DNA from: an uncultured Anaerolineales bacterium
Lineage (GTDB): Bacteria; Chloroflexota; Anaerolineae; Anaerolineales; RBG-16-64-43
Length of the DNA stretch: 64,000 nt
Reading direction: 5' to 3'
Assembly (NCBI GenBank): GCA_964521085.1
Contig: CAZFPL010000002.1
Coordinates: 85,579-149,578 of the forward strand
Part shown: positions 47,232 through 55,859 of the stretch, one piece after another
Layout of the letters: every line of letters starts with the position of its first letter
Position numbering within the stretch: position 1 is the stretch's first letter
Position numbers and translations under genes: made by a program
The notes under the pieces: model-generated
Seen by the model: only the letters and a program-made list of their open reading frames with translations
Told to the model about the DNA's origin: nothing
Databases searched by the model: none

Positions 47232-48401
47232 TCAATCACCATGCAGGAGTTCGGAATAATGGCCGATCATTTCCCTGCCGTAACGCTCCATCGAAAACGA
47301 TTCCCTGGCCAATCCGGCCAGCTCCATCCGGGAACGGTCTTCCAGAACGGGATCCTCCAGCGCGCGAAGCAACACGCCCTCTAACTCCTCTTCGGGTTGA
47401 GTCCTGCCGTCGAACGCAAAGCCGACGGGCCTGTGCCACCACTCCTCAAGCTCCCACACCTGTGAAGCCCAACCGAGGACCGGGGTCCCGCAGGCAAGAG
47501 CTTCCAGAAGCGCGACGGAGAATCCCTCCATCCGGCTGGGATTTACCAGCAGCTTGGCCTTGGAGACGATCGCCTTCACTTCCGGAGCGGACAACCGTCC
47601 ATGGAAAACGACCGGAAGGTCATTCCGGGCAACCAGTTCTTTGTATTTTTCTTCATCCGCTCCGCTCCCACACAGGTGCAACGGATGCCTGCGCAGGCGG
47701 TCGTTCCGGCGATACGCCTCGAGCAGCAGATCAATCCCCTTGGCGTCCTTCAAATTTCCGACGCTGACCAATCCATTTCGTTCCTGCGCCGGAACGACCT
47801 CTCCCGACAGAAATTCATCCGCAATCGGGTAGTAAAGGATCCAGGTCCGCTCTTCGGGATAATCGGACAAGAGGCAGACCTCCTCCTGCATGGACCGGCT
47901 CAAGAAAATAATACGGTCATATGTGTCCAAGCCCCGGCCGATACGACCCGAGTGGTGGGTCAGGATGGCGGGAGGCTTCATTCCAGTCAGGGGAAGCAGG
48001 ATGGGAATGTCGGATTCGGTTTGGTGGCAATGCAGGATGTCGGGTTGGAACCGATCGATGGCGATTCTCAATCCCTCGAGGAAAGCCATATCCTGAAAAA
48101 GGGAATGCCGATCCGTCCCGGGGAATTTCGCCATCCGCAAACGGATCGCATCCGGCAGAAAATGCCGCACGCTGGGGAGTGCAAGCGTCGGCAACACCTG
48201 GGCGGGAACAGACGGCGAAGCGGCGAATGCCATCGTCTCTCCCCAGATCCGCTCGGGCCACGGATACAGCGCGATCGTATGCCCCGCTTCCAGCAGAAAA
48301 CGCGTCAGCATCAGTGCCACGCGGGATTTTCCGCCCGCCCTCGGATTGATCCTTTCCGAGCGTAAATAAGTTTGAATCTGCAGTATGCGAAGGGCTTTCA
48401 T
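47232..48401 (-). CDS. GT4 family glycosyltransferase (paralog A2)
   Basis: MKALRILQIQ...NPRAGGKSR N-terminus and EGFSVALLEALACGTPVLGW motif. Confidence 0.85.
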   Translation of the reverse strand: MKALRILQIQTYLRSERINPRAGGKSRVALMLTRFLLEAGHTIALYPWPERIWGETMAFAASPSVPAQVLPTLALPSVRHFLPDAIRLRMAKFPGTDRHSLFQDMAFLEGLRIAIDRFQPDILHCHQTESDIPILLPLTGMKPPAILTHHSGRIGRGLDTYDRIIFLSRSMQEEVCLLSDYPEERTWILYYPIADEFLSGEVVPAQERNGLVSVGNLKDAKGIDLLLEAYRRNDRLRRHPLHLCGSGADEEKYKELVARNDLPVVFHGRLSAPEVKAIVSKAKLLVNPSRMEGFSVALLEALACGTPVLGWASQVWELEEWWHRPVGFAFDGRTQPEEELEGVLLRALEDPVLEDRSRMELAGLARESFSMERYGREMIGHYSELLHGD

Positions 48402-48423
48402 TGGAATGACAAGAGGAATGACC

Positions 48424-49599
48424 TTAACCTTCCTCCATCACCTCTTCGTAGGCCAGAAGGTTTTCGGTTGTATAGCGTTCAATGCAAAAGAATTTTCGGG
48501 CCCGCGCCGCAAGCGCTTTCCGGTAGGCCGGGGAGTGATTTTCCTTCCCCTTCATCCACTTTAATACCAATCCGGCAAGCTCATCCGGTTTTGCCTGCGC
48601 CGGATCGAAGCCGACCCCGCACTCCATGCGCAGCAGTTTCTGGGTTTCCTCCACCTGTGGCTTCCATCCGACGACCGCCGTCCCGCAGCATATCGCTTCC
48701 GCCAGGGCGAGGCTGAAGCCTTCCGCCGGACTTGGATTCACCAGCAGTTCCGAGCGCAGTAATTCCTTGCGAACCGATTCCGGCGCGACTCGCCCCAGAA
48801 ATAAAGCCGGAATTTTATGCTTCTTGGCGTACGCTTCGAAGCGCTCCTGTTCGGGACCGATCCCGCAGATCCGAAGCGGTATCTTGCGTAAGGCGGAAGA
48901 TTTGGCATACGCCGCCAGGAGATTCTGCAGTCCCTTGTCGAGCCGCAATCCGCCGACGAAAAGGATCCCGTTTCGATTTCCCGAAACGGGGATCGACATA
49001 TCGGAGAATATTCTTTCGACCGCCGGGCGGATCAATCGGGAGCGTTCCAGCAGAGAGGCATCGCGCCCGCACACCAGCGAGCGCAAGGCGTCCGACGCGA
49101 AAATGATTCTGCGGTACGACAGCAGGTGCTGGCCGGCGGTGTGGGTATGATGGGTGAGGAAAAGGGGGATCTTCAAATCCAGCGCGTGGTACAAGGGGGG
49201 AAAATCGGAAAACGACAGGTGGTTGTGGATGATATCCGGTTGGAAATCCTTGATGGCTTCGCTTAATCCGGCCAGGAACATCGAGTCCAAGCGGACCGAA
49301 TGCGCCGATCGGTCCGCCGCCGGCAGCCGCGAAGCCGCCCAGGAAAACCAGGCCAACTTCTTCATGGCGGGGATGCGCGCCGTCGGTATCAGACGGATGG
49401 GTTTTCCCGGATTGTCGATCCAATAGGGTTTTTCCAGAATGGGTTCCGGGAATGGAAAAATCGCCACCTCGTTTCCGCGGGCGGCAAGTTCGCGCGAAAG
49501 CTGAAGCGAAAGCCGCGATTTTCCCCCGGCGCGCGGATTCAACCCTTCGCCTTTCAAAAACGGGTGGATTTGCAGAATTTTTAAGGATGTTTGATCCAT
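48424..49599 (-). CDS. GT4 family glycosyltransferase (paralog A3)
   Basis: Start at ATG 49599 (MDQTSLKILQIHP), with AGGA 8 nt upstream. NPRAGGKSR and EGFSLALAEAICCGTAVVGW motifs. Confidence 0.8.
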   Translation of the reverse strand: MDQTSLKILQIHPFLKGEGLNPRAGGKSRLSLQLSRELAARGNEVAIFPFPEPILEKPYWIDNPGKPIRLIPTARIPAMKKLAWFSWAASRLPAADRSAHSVRLDSMFLAGLSEAIKDFQPDIIHNHLSFSDFPPLYHALDLKIPLFLTHHTHTAGQHLLSYRRIIFASDALRSLVCGRDASLLERSRLIRPAVERIFSDMSIPVSGNRNGILFVGGLRLDKGLQNLLAAYAKSSALRKIPLRICGIGPEQERFEAYAKKHKIPALFLGRVAPESVRKELLRSELLVNPSPAEGFSLALAEAICCGTAVVGWKPQVEETQKLLRMECGVGFDPAQAKPDELAGLVLKWMKGKENHSPAYRKALAARARKFFCIERYTTENLLAYEEVMEEG

Positions 49600-49609
49600 A
49601 AGGAACGTC

Positions 49610-50302
49610 CTACGATGCAGATGCATCCAGTCGCCGAATTCCATCCGGGCCTTCGTTCAGGAGCAGGTCGATGCTGGCCATGCCCGGCACGAAGGGGGAG
49701 AACATCTGGGAATATTCCGGATGCTGGAACTCATGATATTCCACGCCGATCCCCGCGTCTGTAAAAAGCGATTCCACGAGGTAGCCCCTTCCACTCGGTC
49801 CAGAGAGGTACACCGTGGCTCCCGTCTTGCGGCAAATATCCAGCAGAAGGTCGCTTTTCTTTCCGGCAACGTTCAAAGTCGACGCCCGCCGGGCGGGGGT
49901 GGATATGCCGAACGCGGACCACAGGAACTCGATCAGCGCGAGATTCAGATCGACCAGGCGAGTCCACGGCCGCCGGAAGAGATCCTCCAGCGCCGGCGCG
50001 TACATCTTCCAGTGCGGCGCCCGGGAGTAATTCTGCAGCAGGGTCCGGAAATACACTTCCGCCCAGCGGGTTTTGTTGTTGATTTCCACATCCAGAAAAG
50101 CCTGGCCGAATTTTCCCTTCGTCAGGACCGGGACATTAACCCAGCCCCACCCCTGCGGCGTACGGATCCGGTTCCGATTTTCGAAGTAGTTCTTTTTAAA
50201 CGCGACCGTGTCGAGAAAAATGAATTCGTCGGCTTTACGGGCCTTGTCGAGGTATCCAAGCCAGGGGAGATGCTCGGGTTGATGGATGGCTATCCGCGTC
50301 AT
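49610..50302 (-). CDS. WbqC family protein
   Basis: 230 aa. The N-terminal IAIHQPEHLPWLGYLDK and overall length fit the WbqC-like family seen in O-antigen clusters. Confidence 0.7.
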   Translation of the reverse strand: MTRIAIHQPEHLPWLGYLDKARKADEFIFLDTVAFKKNYFENRNRIRTPQGWGWVNVPVLTKGKFGQAFLDVEINNKTRWAEVYFRTLLQNYSRAPHWKMYAPALEDLFRRPWTRLVDLNLALIEFLWSAFGISTPARRASTLNVAGKKSDLLLDICRKTGATVYLSGPSGRGYLVESLFTDAGIGVEYHEFQHPEYSQMFSPFVPGMASIDLLLNEGPDGIRRLDASAS

Positions 50303-50305
50303 GCG

Positions 50306-50959
50306 CTATTTCAAGCCGAGATCCCACTGCCAACGCAGGGTTTCATAGCACTCCGCATGGCCCACGCCGATCTCATACCCGCGGTGAACTCCGCGGGCGA
50401 TCACCGCGTCCAGCCAGATATCGCCATACTTCTTGTATTGCGAGTCGTGCGCCAGGAGGGACTCGCGCTTGGCCTGGACCGCCTCCGGCGAAACAGCGAC
50501 GTACACCTGCGGACGGAACGGCGAGTAGGAGCGGCCGGAGGGAGTCATCGGTTCGTAGAAGAGGATCGAGTTGAAATAGCGGCAGGCTGAGATCGAGGCG
50601 AGGGATGTGGCGCGGTGGTCCTGGTGCGTATCGTGCGGCCAATGGGTGAGGACCACATCCGGCTTTAATTTGCGAAGCGGCACCTCGATGGCTTCCACCA
50701 CATGGAAATCGTACGGGATCTGCTTGGTGGGGAAATCCAGAATCTCCAACCCCACATTACCGAGCTTGCGCGCCGCCTCCCTGCCCTCCACCATCGCCTG
50801 GTCGTCCGTGCGGAAGACCCGCCCGTCCAAGTCAACGTAATCCGAATGGGAGAGGACGAGCATGTACGTTTCCCAGCCTTTGCGTGCGGCTTCAGCCAGC
50901 GTCCCCCCGCAGCCGATTTCGATGTCGTCCAGGTGCGCCCCGATCGCCAGGAGTCTCAT
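50306..50959 (-). CDS. PIG-L/LmbE family N-acetylglucosaminyl deacetylase
   Basis: AIGAHLDDIEIGCGGT (the AHPDD-like motif) and HQDH motifs. Confidence 0.8.
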   Translation of the reverse strand: MRLLAIGAHLDDIEIGCGGTLAEAARKGWETYMLVLSHSDYVDLDGRVFRTDDQAMVEGREAARKLGNVGLEILDFPTKQIPYDFHVVEAIEVPLRKLKPDVVLTHWPHDTHQDHRATSLASISACRYFNSILFYEPMTPSGRSYSPFRPQVYVAVSPEAVQAKRESLLAHDSQYKKYGDIWLDAVIARGVHRGYEIGVGHAECYETLRWQWDLGLK

Positions 50960-50962
50960 CGG

Positions 50963-51571
50963 TCATCCTTTCCGGTACAGGTACAGCGTGAAATCGTGGG
51001 GAAGGTAATCGTGCCGAAGGGTGACCCAGCGCGTGATGGCGTGCGCCTCAAGGAGCGCGCGTTCCGGCGAGCAGTAGAACATGTCATCCCGGAAATGCCC
51101 CGGATCGTAATAGGTACTGAGCATGTTGATCCCCACGCCGCGCTTGGCCACGTCGAACAGCCTGCGCAGGATGCGGAACACCCAGGCTTCCTGATCCTCA
51201 CGGAATTTTACGTTAAAAGTCCCGCTGATCAAAATGTAATCCGGCGCAGATTTTGGCTCGAAACTCTCAATATCGGCGCAGAAAAATTCGTCACCCGGGT
51301 GGCGGCGGCGCGCTTCTTCAATGAAGGCCGGCTGGAGATCCAGCCCCGTGTAACGCATCGCGATCCCCCTCTTCTCAAGGTAGGAGCGCAAGTCGCCGAA
51401 TCCACAGCCCACGTCCAGCACCGAAGCATTCGTCAGATCGCCGATTTGGGTCAGCACGTCGAACCGGACTTCCTGGGATTCCCGGCTGCCGATTCCCAGC
51501 GAGCGCGTATCGTACCCGTATTCCTGCCAGCGCTGTGCGTAAAAATCCAACACTTTGCGTTCTTCGCTCAT
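50963..51571 (-). CDS. Class I SAM-dependent methyltransferase
   Basis: VLDVGCGFGDL motif I. ATG 51571 with GAGG 5 nt upstream; the track start at 51577 is a GTG. Confidence 0.8.
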   Translation of the reverse strand: MSEERKVLDFYAQRWQEYGYDTRSLGIGSRESQEVRFDVLTQIGDLTNASVLDVGCGFGDLRSYLEKRGIAMRYTGLDLQPAFIEEARRRHPGDEFFCADIESFEPKSAPDYILISGTFNVKFREDQEAWVFRILRRLFDVAKRGVGINMLSTYYDPGHFRDDMFYCSPERALLEAHAITRWVTLRHDYLPHDFTLYLYRKG

Positions 51572-51592
51572 CGGCACCTCGGATCGCGTCCG

Positions 51593-52924
51593 CTACTTCC
51601 GCTCCCGGGACAAGGATGTTCCGGCCGCGGACCCCAGCGGACGGACCTCCGTCTCCCAGGGCAGAATCGGCGCCACCACGCCGGACCAGGCTCGCGGGTA
51701 ATCGCCTTTAACCGACCGGCCGGAACCGCTGTCCTCCACCCGGAAGGAGAGCAGATTCGACTCGCGGATAAAATAACGGCGGGGGACCAGCACGCGCAGC
51801 AACACGTCGACGGTGAACATTCCCTCGTTCAGGAAATCACCTGGGATCTTGCACACGCTGCGGTAGATCCCCTTTTTGCGCGACTTCCCGGTATAGGCCG
51901 AGTCGTGATTGGCGGCGGATTCCAATACGCAAATGCCATCGTCGTTGTGGAGCAGGATGATCGGCATAAACGGCTGCCCTGAATCGAACGCCCAATATTC
52001 CACCTCGATCTGCAACGGCTCGCGGATTTCGAATATCGAGCGCGGCTTGCCGTTGCGGTCGAGCAGGCGGACCCGCTTCAGGCGAGCCGTGGCATCCCCC
52101 GGCGCCTGGTCGGGCGAATCCCATTCTTTGTGGTCGGCGGCCGAGCGGTCGGCGTTCAGATAATGCGAGATGACTTCCGAGGTATCCCCGTCTGCGGAAA
52201 TCCGCCCTTCATCGAGCAGGATAACCCGCTGGCACAGGCGATGGATGGCGGTCATATTGTGGGAGACAAACAGCACCGTGCGGCCTTCTTTGCCGACGCT
52301 CTCCATCTTGCCCATGCATTTCTTCTGGAAGCGGTCGTCGCCCACGGCCAGGACTTCGTCCACCAGCAGGACTTCCGGATTCAGATGCGCCGCGACGGCG
52401 AACGCCAGCCGCAAGAACATCCCGCTGGAATAATGCTTGACGGGCGTGTCGATGAACTTTTCGATCTCGGAGAAGGCGACGATTTCATCGAAGCGCCGTT
52501 CGATCTCGGCATTGCGCATGCCCAGAATCGCACCGTTGAGGAAGATGTTCTCCCGTCCGGTAAGCTCCGGATGGAAGCCGGTTCCGACCTCGAGCAGCGA
52601 CCCGATCCGTCCGGAAAGCCGGACGCGCCCGACGGTCGGATCGGTGATCCGCGAGAGCACTTTCAGCAGCGTGCTTTTCCCCGCGCCATTGCGTCCGATG
52701 ATGCCGAGCACCTCCCCCTGGCGGACCTCGAAATTGATATCCTTCAAAGCCCAGATCATCTGCGCGGCGGGAATGGGCTCGCGCCGGATGATGCGCCGCG
52801 CCAAGCGAAAGGGCATTTTCGCGGCGTCGGCCAGCGTATCCCGGAGGGTTTTATATCCCTCCTGGAGGGCGCCGATGCGGTATTGCTTGCCGAGGTTTTC
52901 CACCCGGATGACGAGGTCGCCCAT
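51593..52924 (-). CDS. wzt: Polysaccharide ABC exporter ATP-binding protein with C-terminal extension (Wzt-type)
   Basis: Walker A GRNGAGKST, signature YSSGM, and Walker B LLVDE. A ~190-aa beta-rich C-terminal domain is consistent with a Wzt_C carbohydrate-binding domain. Confidence 0.85.
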   Translation of the reverse strand: MGDLVIRVENLGKQYRIGALQEGYKTLRDTLADAAKMPFRLARRIIRREPIPAAQMIWALKDINFEVRQGEVLGIIGRNGAGKSTLLKVLSRITDPTVGRVRLSGRIGSLLEVGTGFHPELTGRENIFLNGAILGMRNAEIERRFDEIVAFSEIEKFIDTPVKHYSSGMFLRLAFAVAAHLNPEVLLVDEVLAVGDDRFQKKCMGKMESVGKEGRTVLFVSHNMTAIHRLCQRVILLDEGRISADGDTSEVISHYLNADRSAADHKEWDSPDQAPGDATARLKRVRLLDRNGKPRSIFEIREPLQIEVEYWAFDSGQPFMPIILLHNDDGICVLESAANHDSAYTGKSRKKGIYRSVCKIPGDFLNEGMFTVDVLLRVLVPRRYFIRESNLLSFRVEDSGSGRSVKGDYPRAWSGVVAPILPWETEVRPLGSAAGTSLSRERK

Positions 52925-52925
52925 G

Positions 52926-53777
52926 TCACACCACGTCCGCGAAGTTTCGTTCCATGCGCCGGAAATAAAAGGTGCCGGTGATAAGCAACACCATGGCGAC
53001 GACGGCGGAGACTCCGACCATCAGGCCCGGAGGAGACCCGCTTCCCAGAAGCGCCCAGCGGAACCCGTCGAGTACGCCGGCCATCGGGTTGAGCCCGTAG
53101 ATCGTCCTCCACGGTTCGTCAAGAAGACTACTGGGGTAGACGACTGGGCTGATAAACATCCAGACCTGGAGCAGGAACGGGACCATGTAGCGGATATCCC
53201 GGTACTCCACGTTCAGCGCCGAAAGCCAGAGCCCCACCCCAAGGGCGGTGATGAACGCCAAAAGAAGAAACAACGGCAGCCAGACCACGTTGATCGTGAT
53301 GGTTATACCAAAGGCCAGTACCATCCCGACCAGGACGACAAAGGCGAGTGCGAAATCCACCAATCCCGAAAGCACGCTGGCGATCGGCATCACCAGGCGC
53401 GGGAAGAAGACCTTCTTGATCAATTGCGAATTTCCGACCAGGCTGTCTGAGGATTGGGCCAAGCCGTACGCGAAGAATGCCCAAGGGACGGTTCCGGCGG
53501 CGCTGAACACCTCATAGGGCAGGCCCGCGGTTCCGGAGGAGATTTTCGCCAGCCTTCCGAAGAACAGGCTGAACACGACCATCGTCAGGAAGGGCTGGAG
53601 GATCGCCCACGCCGCGCCGAGCACGGTCTGCTTATAACGGACTTTGATATCCCGCCAGGTAAGGAAAAACAACAGCTCGCGGTACGCCCAGACCTCGCGC
53701 AGCTTAAGGTTCACCCATCCGCGCGAGGGGACGATTTCAGTGACGGGACCGACAAATTCGCTTTGCGATGATTCCAT
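52926..53777 (-). CDS. wzm: Polysaccharide ABC exporter permease (ABC-2 type, Wzm/TagG-like)
   Basis: 283 aa. RDIKVRYKQTVLGAAWAILQP signature and six hydrophobic segments. Confidence 0.85.
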   Translation of the reverse strand: MESSQSEFVGPVTEIVPSRGWVNLKLREVWAYRELLFFLTWRDIKVRYKQTVLGAAWAILQPFLTMVVFSLFFGRLAKISSGTAGLPYEVFSAAGTVPWAFFAYGLAQSSDSLVGNSQLIKKVFFPRLVMPIASVLSGLVDFALAFVVLVGMVLAFGITITINVVWLPLFLLLAFITALGVGLWLSALNVEYRDIRYMVPFLLQVWMFISPVVYPSSLLDEPWRTIYGLNPMAGVLDGFRWALLGSGSPPGLMVGVSAVVAMVLLITGTFYFRRMERNFADVV

Positions 53778-53800
53778 TCGATTTATTAAACCTGCAGGTT

Positions 53801-53835
53801 AAGATACAGACGATGGACCATAGACTATGGACCAT
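53801..53835. repeat. Left arm of ~35-bp inverted repeat flanking the four-helix-bundle gene
   Basis: aagatacagacgatggaccatagactatggaccat. It matches the reverse complement of 54326-54360 at 31 of 35 positions (counted by hand). Confidence 0.8.
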
Positions 53836-53842
53836 GGCCGAC

Positions 53843-54217
53843 CTATGTTCGGGACGCATTCACCTTTCCTTGGACCGTTTTTCTAAAGGATTGCATTTTC
53901 TTGATCAGCGTCACCATTCGGTTTTCCATCTTCTCACTATCTTCGGACAGATATTTTCTTCGTTGAGCAATTCGATGGCAGGCGCTGGATTCTTCGAGCG
54001 ATCGAATCGCGTAACCTAGAAATCGCACCTGCTCCGAGTCGGTCTGTCCCGTGGATCCTTCGGCAATATTAAGTGCAATCGATGTCGCCGCGCGAATCCA
54101 CTGACTTCGCAGATTATATAATTCCTCTTTCGGAAGACATTCGGTCACTCGGTATACATCGTCGAGGTAATCAAGCGCCAGCTTCCACACCTCGAGATTC
54201 TCGAACTTGAAAGCCAT
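53843..54217 (-). CDS. Four-helix-bundle protein (23S rRNA intervening-sequence protein / Avd family)
   Basis: 124 aa. The N-terminal FENLEVWKLALDYLDDVYRVT...LRSQWIRAATSIALNIAEG is the hallmark of this family. GGGGGA SD. The sequence is visibly more A/T-rich than its flanks. Confidence 0.85.
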   Translation of the reverse strand: MAFKFENLEVWKLALDYLDDVYRVTECLPKEELYNLRSQWIRAATSIALNIAEGSTGQTDSEQVRFLGYAIRSLEESSACHRIAQRRKYLSEDSEKMENRMVTLIKKMQSFRKTVQGKVNASRT

Positions 54218-54325
54218 GGATCCCCCTTTTTATCATCGATTTCCCTACTATGGATAGATGATACCACGGGCAGTGTTCAATCCCTCGATTGTCGTGCCTC
54301 AGCCATCGAATAGAAACCATCGACA

Positions 54326-54360
54326 ATAGTCCATGGTCTATAGTCCATCGTCTCTATCTT
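54326..54360. repeat. Right arm of the inverted repeat; overlaps the last codons of the HAD gene
   Basis: atagtccatggtctatagtccatcgtctctatctt. It covers the HAD stop codon (54338-40) and the last 7 codons. Confidence 0.8.
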
Positions 54361-54997
54361 CAAGCCAGGATTCCATCTCCGTAAGATCTTTCACCTTAGC
54401 AACAGACAATTTATCGAAGTTCGTCTCCGTCTCGCGGGCCAGGAAACGCGTGCCCGCTTCGCGCGCGGCATCGTAATCGCTCATGCCGTCGCCGACCATC
54501 AGCACTTCCTGCGGGGAAAGCGCGTGCCGCGCCATCACGTCGCGCAGGATGTCCGCCTTCAACCGCGGGGTGCCCCACAATTCCTCGAACCAGGCGCCCA
54601 TTCCGCGTTTGGCGACGATGAGTTCCAACTCCGCCTGCGGGGTTCCCGAACCGACAATCCGCACCACCCGCCCTCTCAATCCGAGAAGCAAATCCTCCGC
54701 GCCCGGCACTTGCGGGCAGCGGAAAATCCGCTCACGGGTGAGGCACTCGAAATCGGCGCTTACCTGCTTGCGGATTTTCTCGGTGTAAGGCAGCCCCAGG
54801 ATGTTGCGCTGAATGTGCTCGAACTTGACGTACCGGGAAATACCGGCCTGGGCAATGTGGTAGTCGCGGATCGCCTGAACCTTCTCCGGGTAATCCGCGT
54901 ACAGTTCCATGAAAGCCTCGGTCTTGATATTGGCGGATTCCAGGATCACGCCGTCGAAATCGAAAACGATTGCGCGCAGGGAATCAATTCGCTTCAA
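54338..54997 (-). CDS. HAD-IA family phosphatase
   Basis: IVFDFDGV (motif I), the VGSGT region, and GDGMSDYDAA (motif IV). The likely start is TTG 54997, with GAGGA 7 nt upstream; the track GTG at 55024 lacks an SD. Confidence 0.75.
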   Translation of the reverse strand: MKRIDSLRAIVFDFDGVILESANIKTEAFMELYADYPEKVQAIRDYHIAQAGISRYVKFEHIQRNILGLPYTEKIRKQVSADFECLTRERIFRCPQVPGAEDLLLGLRGRVVRIVGSGTPQAELELIVAKRGMGAWFEELWGTPRLKADILRDVMARHALSPQEVLMVGDGMSDYDAAREAGTRFLARETETNFDKLSVAKVKDLTEMESWLEDRDDGL

Positions 54998-55046
54998 CGC
55001 AGGTTCCTCTCGAAGATCACGCACCGGAAAGGAAGGCGCGTGAAAT

Positions 55047-55766
55047 CTATAATTTCTTCACGTCCGGATAATGGGCCAGCCACCACTCGGAAAAACCGGC
55101 GTCGAGGTGGGTGTGAATATCCCGGCCGGTTACCCAATTGCGCAGGATCGGCGCCGACCGCTTTCCCATCCACCACCACGGGCTGGGCCCGTCGCGCCGC
55201 TGGACGCATTCTTTTCGGAAGGCCCATACGCCCTGGTCGTAGTAATACGCCGCCGGGTACGACTGGCGTTCGGTCGAGGCCTGGCGGTTGGGGTCTCCAT
55301 ATGGGCGCAGCAACCCATCGACGATCTCAAGCGAGCGCAGCGGGTGGTCGTCGGCCGCCTGCCATACGCTCATGACAGAATCCAGGTCCGGACGGTCATC
55401 GAGCATCCCGAGCGCCCGGTCCAGCAGTTCGCCGTCGAGCATCACGGTGTTCCCCAGGAGGAGAACCACGTTGCGCAAATCCTTTTCGCGCGCGTCGGCG
55501 TATTCCACGGCATGCTTGATCACCTCGCCGTGGTTGATGTGATCGCCGCACAACCCCTCGGGCCGGACGATGATCTCGCAGCCGTTCTCGCGCCCGACCT
55601 GCATAACCTCCGGCGAATCGGTGGAGATGTACGTCTTGGAAATGCGTTTCGCCTCCCGGGCGGCCTGGATCGGGTAGTAGACCAGCGGTTTTCCCGCGAG
55701 ATCCATCACATTCTTATTGAGGATCGATTTGCTTCCGGCGCGGGCGGTGATGATGGCAACGTTCAC
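55047..55766 (-). CDS. NeuA/KdsB-fold cytidylyltransferase (CTP_transf_3 family)
   Basis: VAIITARAGSKSILNKNVMDLAGKPLVYYPI matches the acylneuraminate cytidylyltransferase N-terminus. The likely start is GTG 55766, with AGGAG 6 nt upstream; the track start at 55820 is a TTG. Confidence 0.8.
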   Translation of the reverse strand: MNVAIITARAGSKSILNKNVMDLAGKPLVYYPIQAAREAKRISKTYISTDSPEVMQVGRENGCEIIVRPEGLCGDHINHGEVIKHAVEYADAREKDLRNVVLLLGNTVMLDGELLDRALGMLDDRPDLDSVMSVWQAADDHPLRSLEIVDGLLRPYGDPNRQASTERQSYPAAYYYDQGVWAFRKECVQRRDGPSPWWWMGKRSAPILRNWVTGRDIHTHLDAGFSEWWLAHYPDVKKL

Positions 55767-55859
55767 GGCACTCTCCTGCAGGTTTTTTTCCTGCGAATTC
55801 AACGGGGTAAATTTTATCAAAAGCCGAGCGCTCGCTTCGCGAGGGCAACCGATCGCTCA

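Noticed and set aside
53843-54217. Four-helix-bundle gene as the Avd component of a diversity-generating retroelement
   Set aside because: There is no reverse transcriptase gene anywhere in the window. I detected no template/variable repeat pair with A-specific differences.
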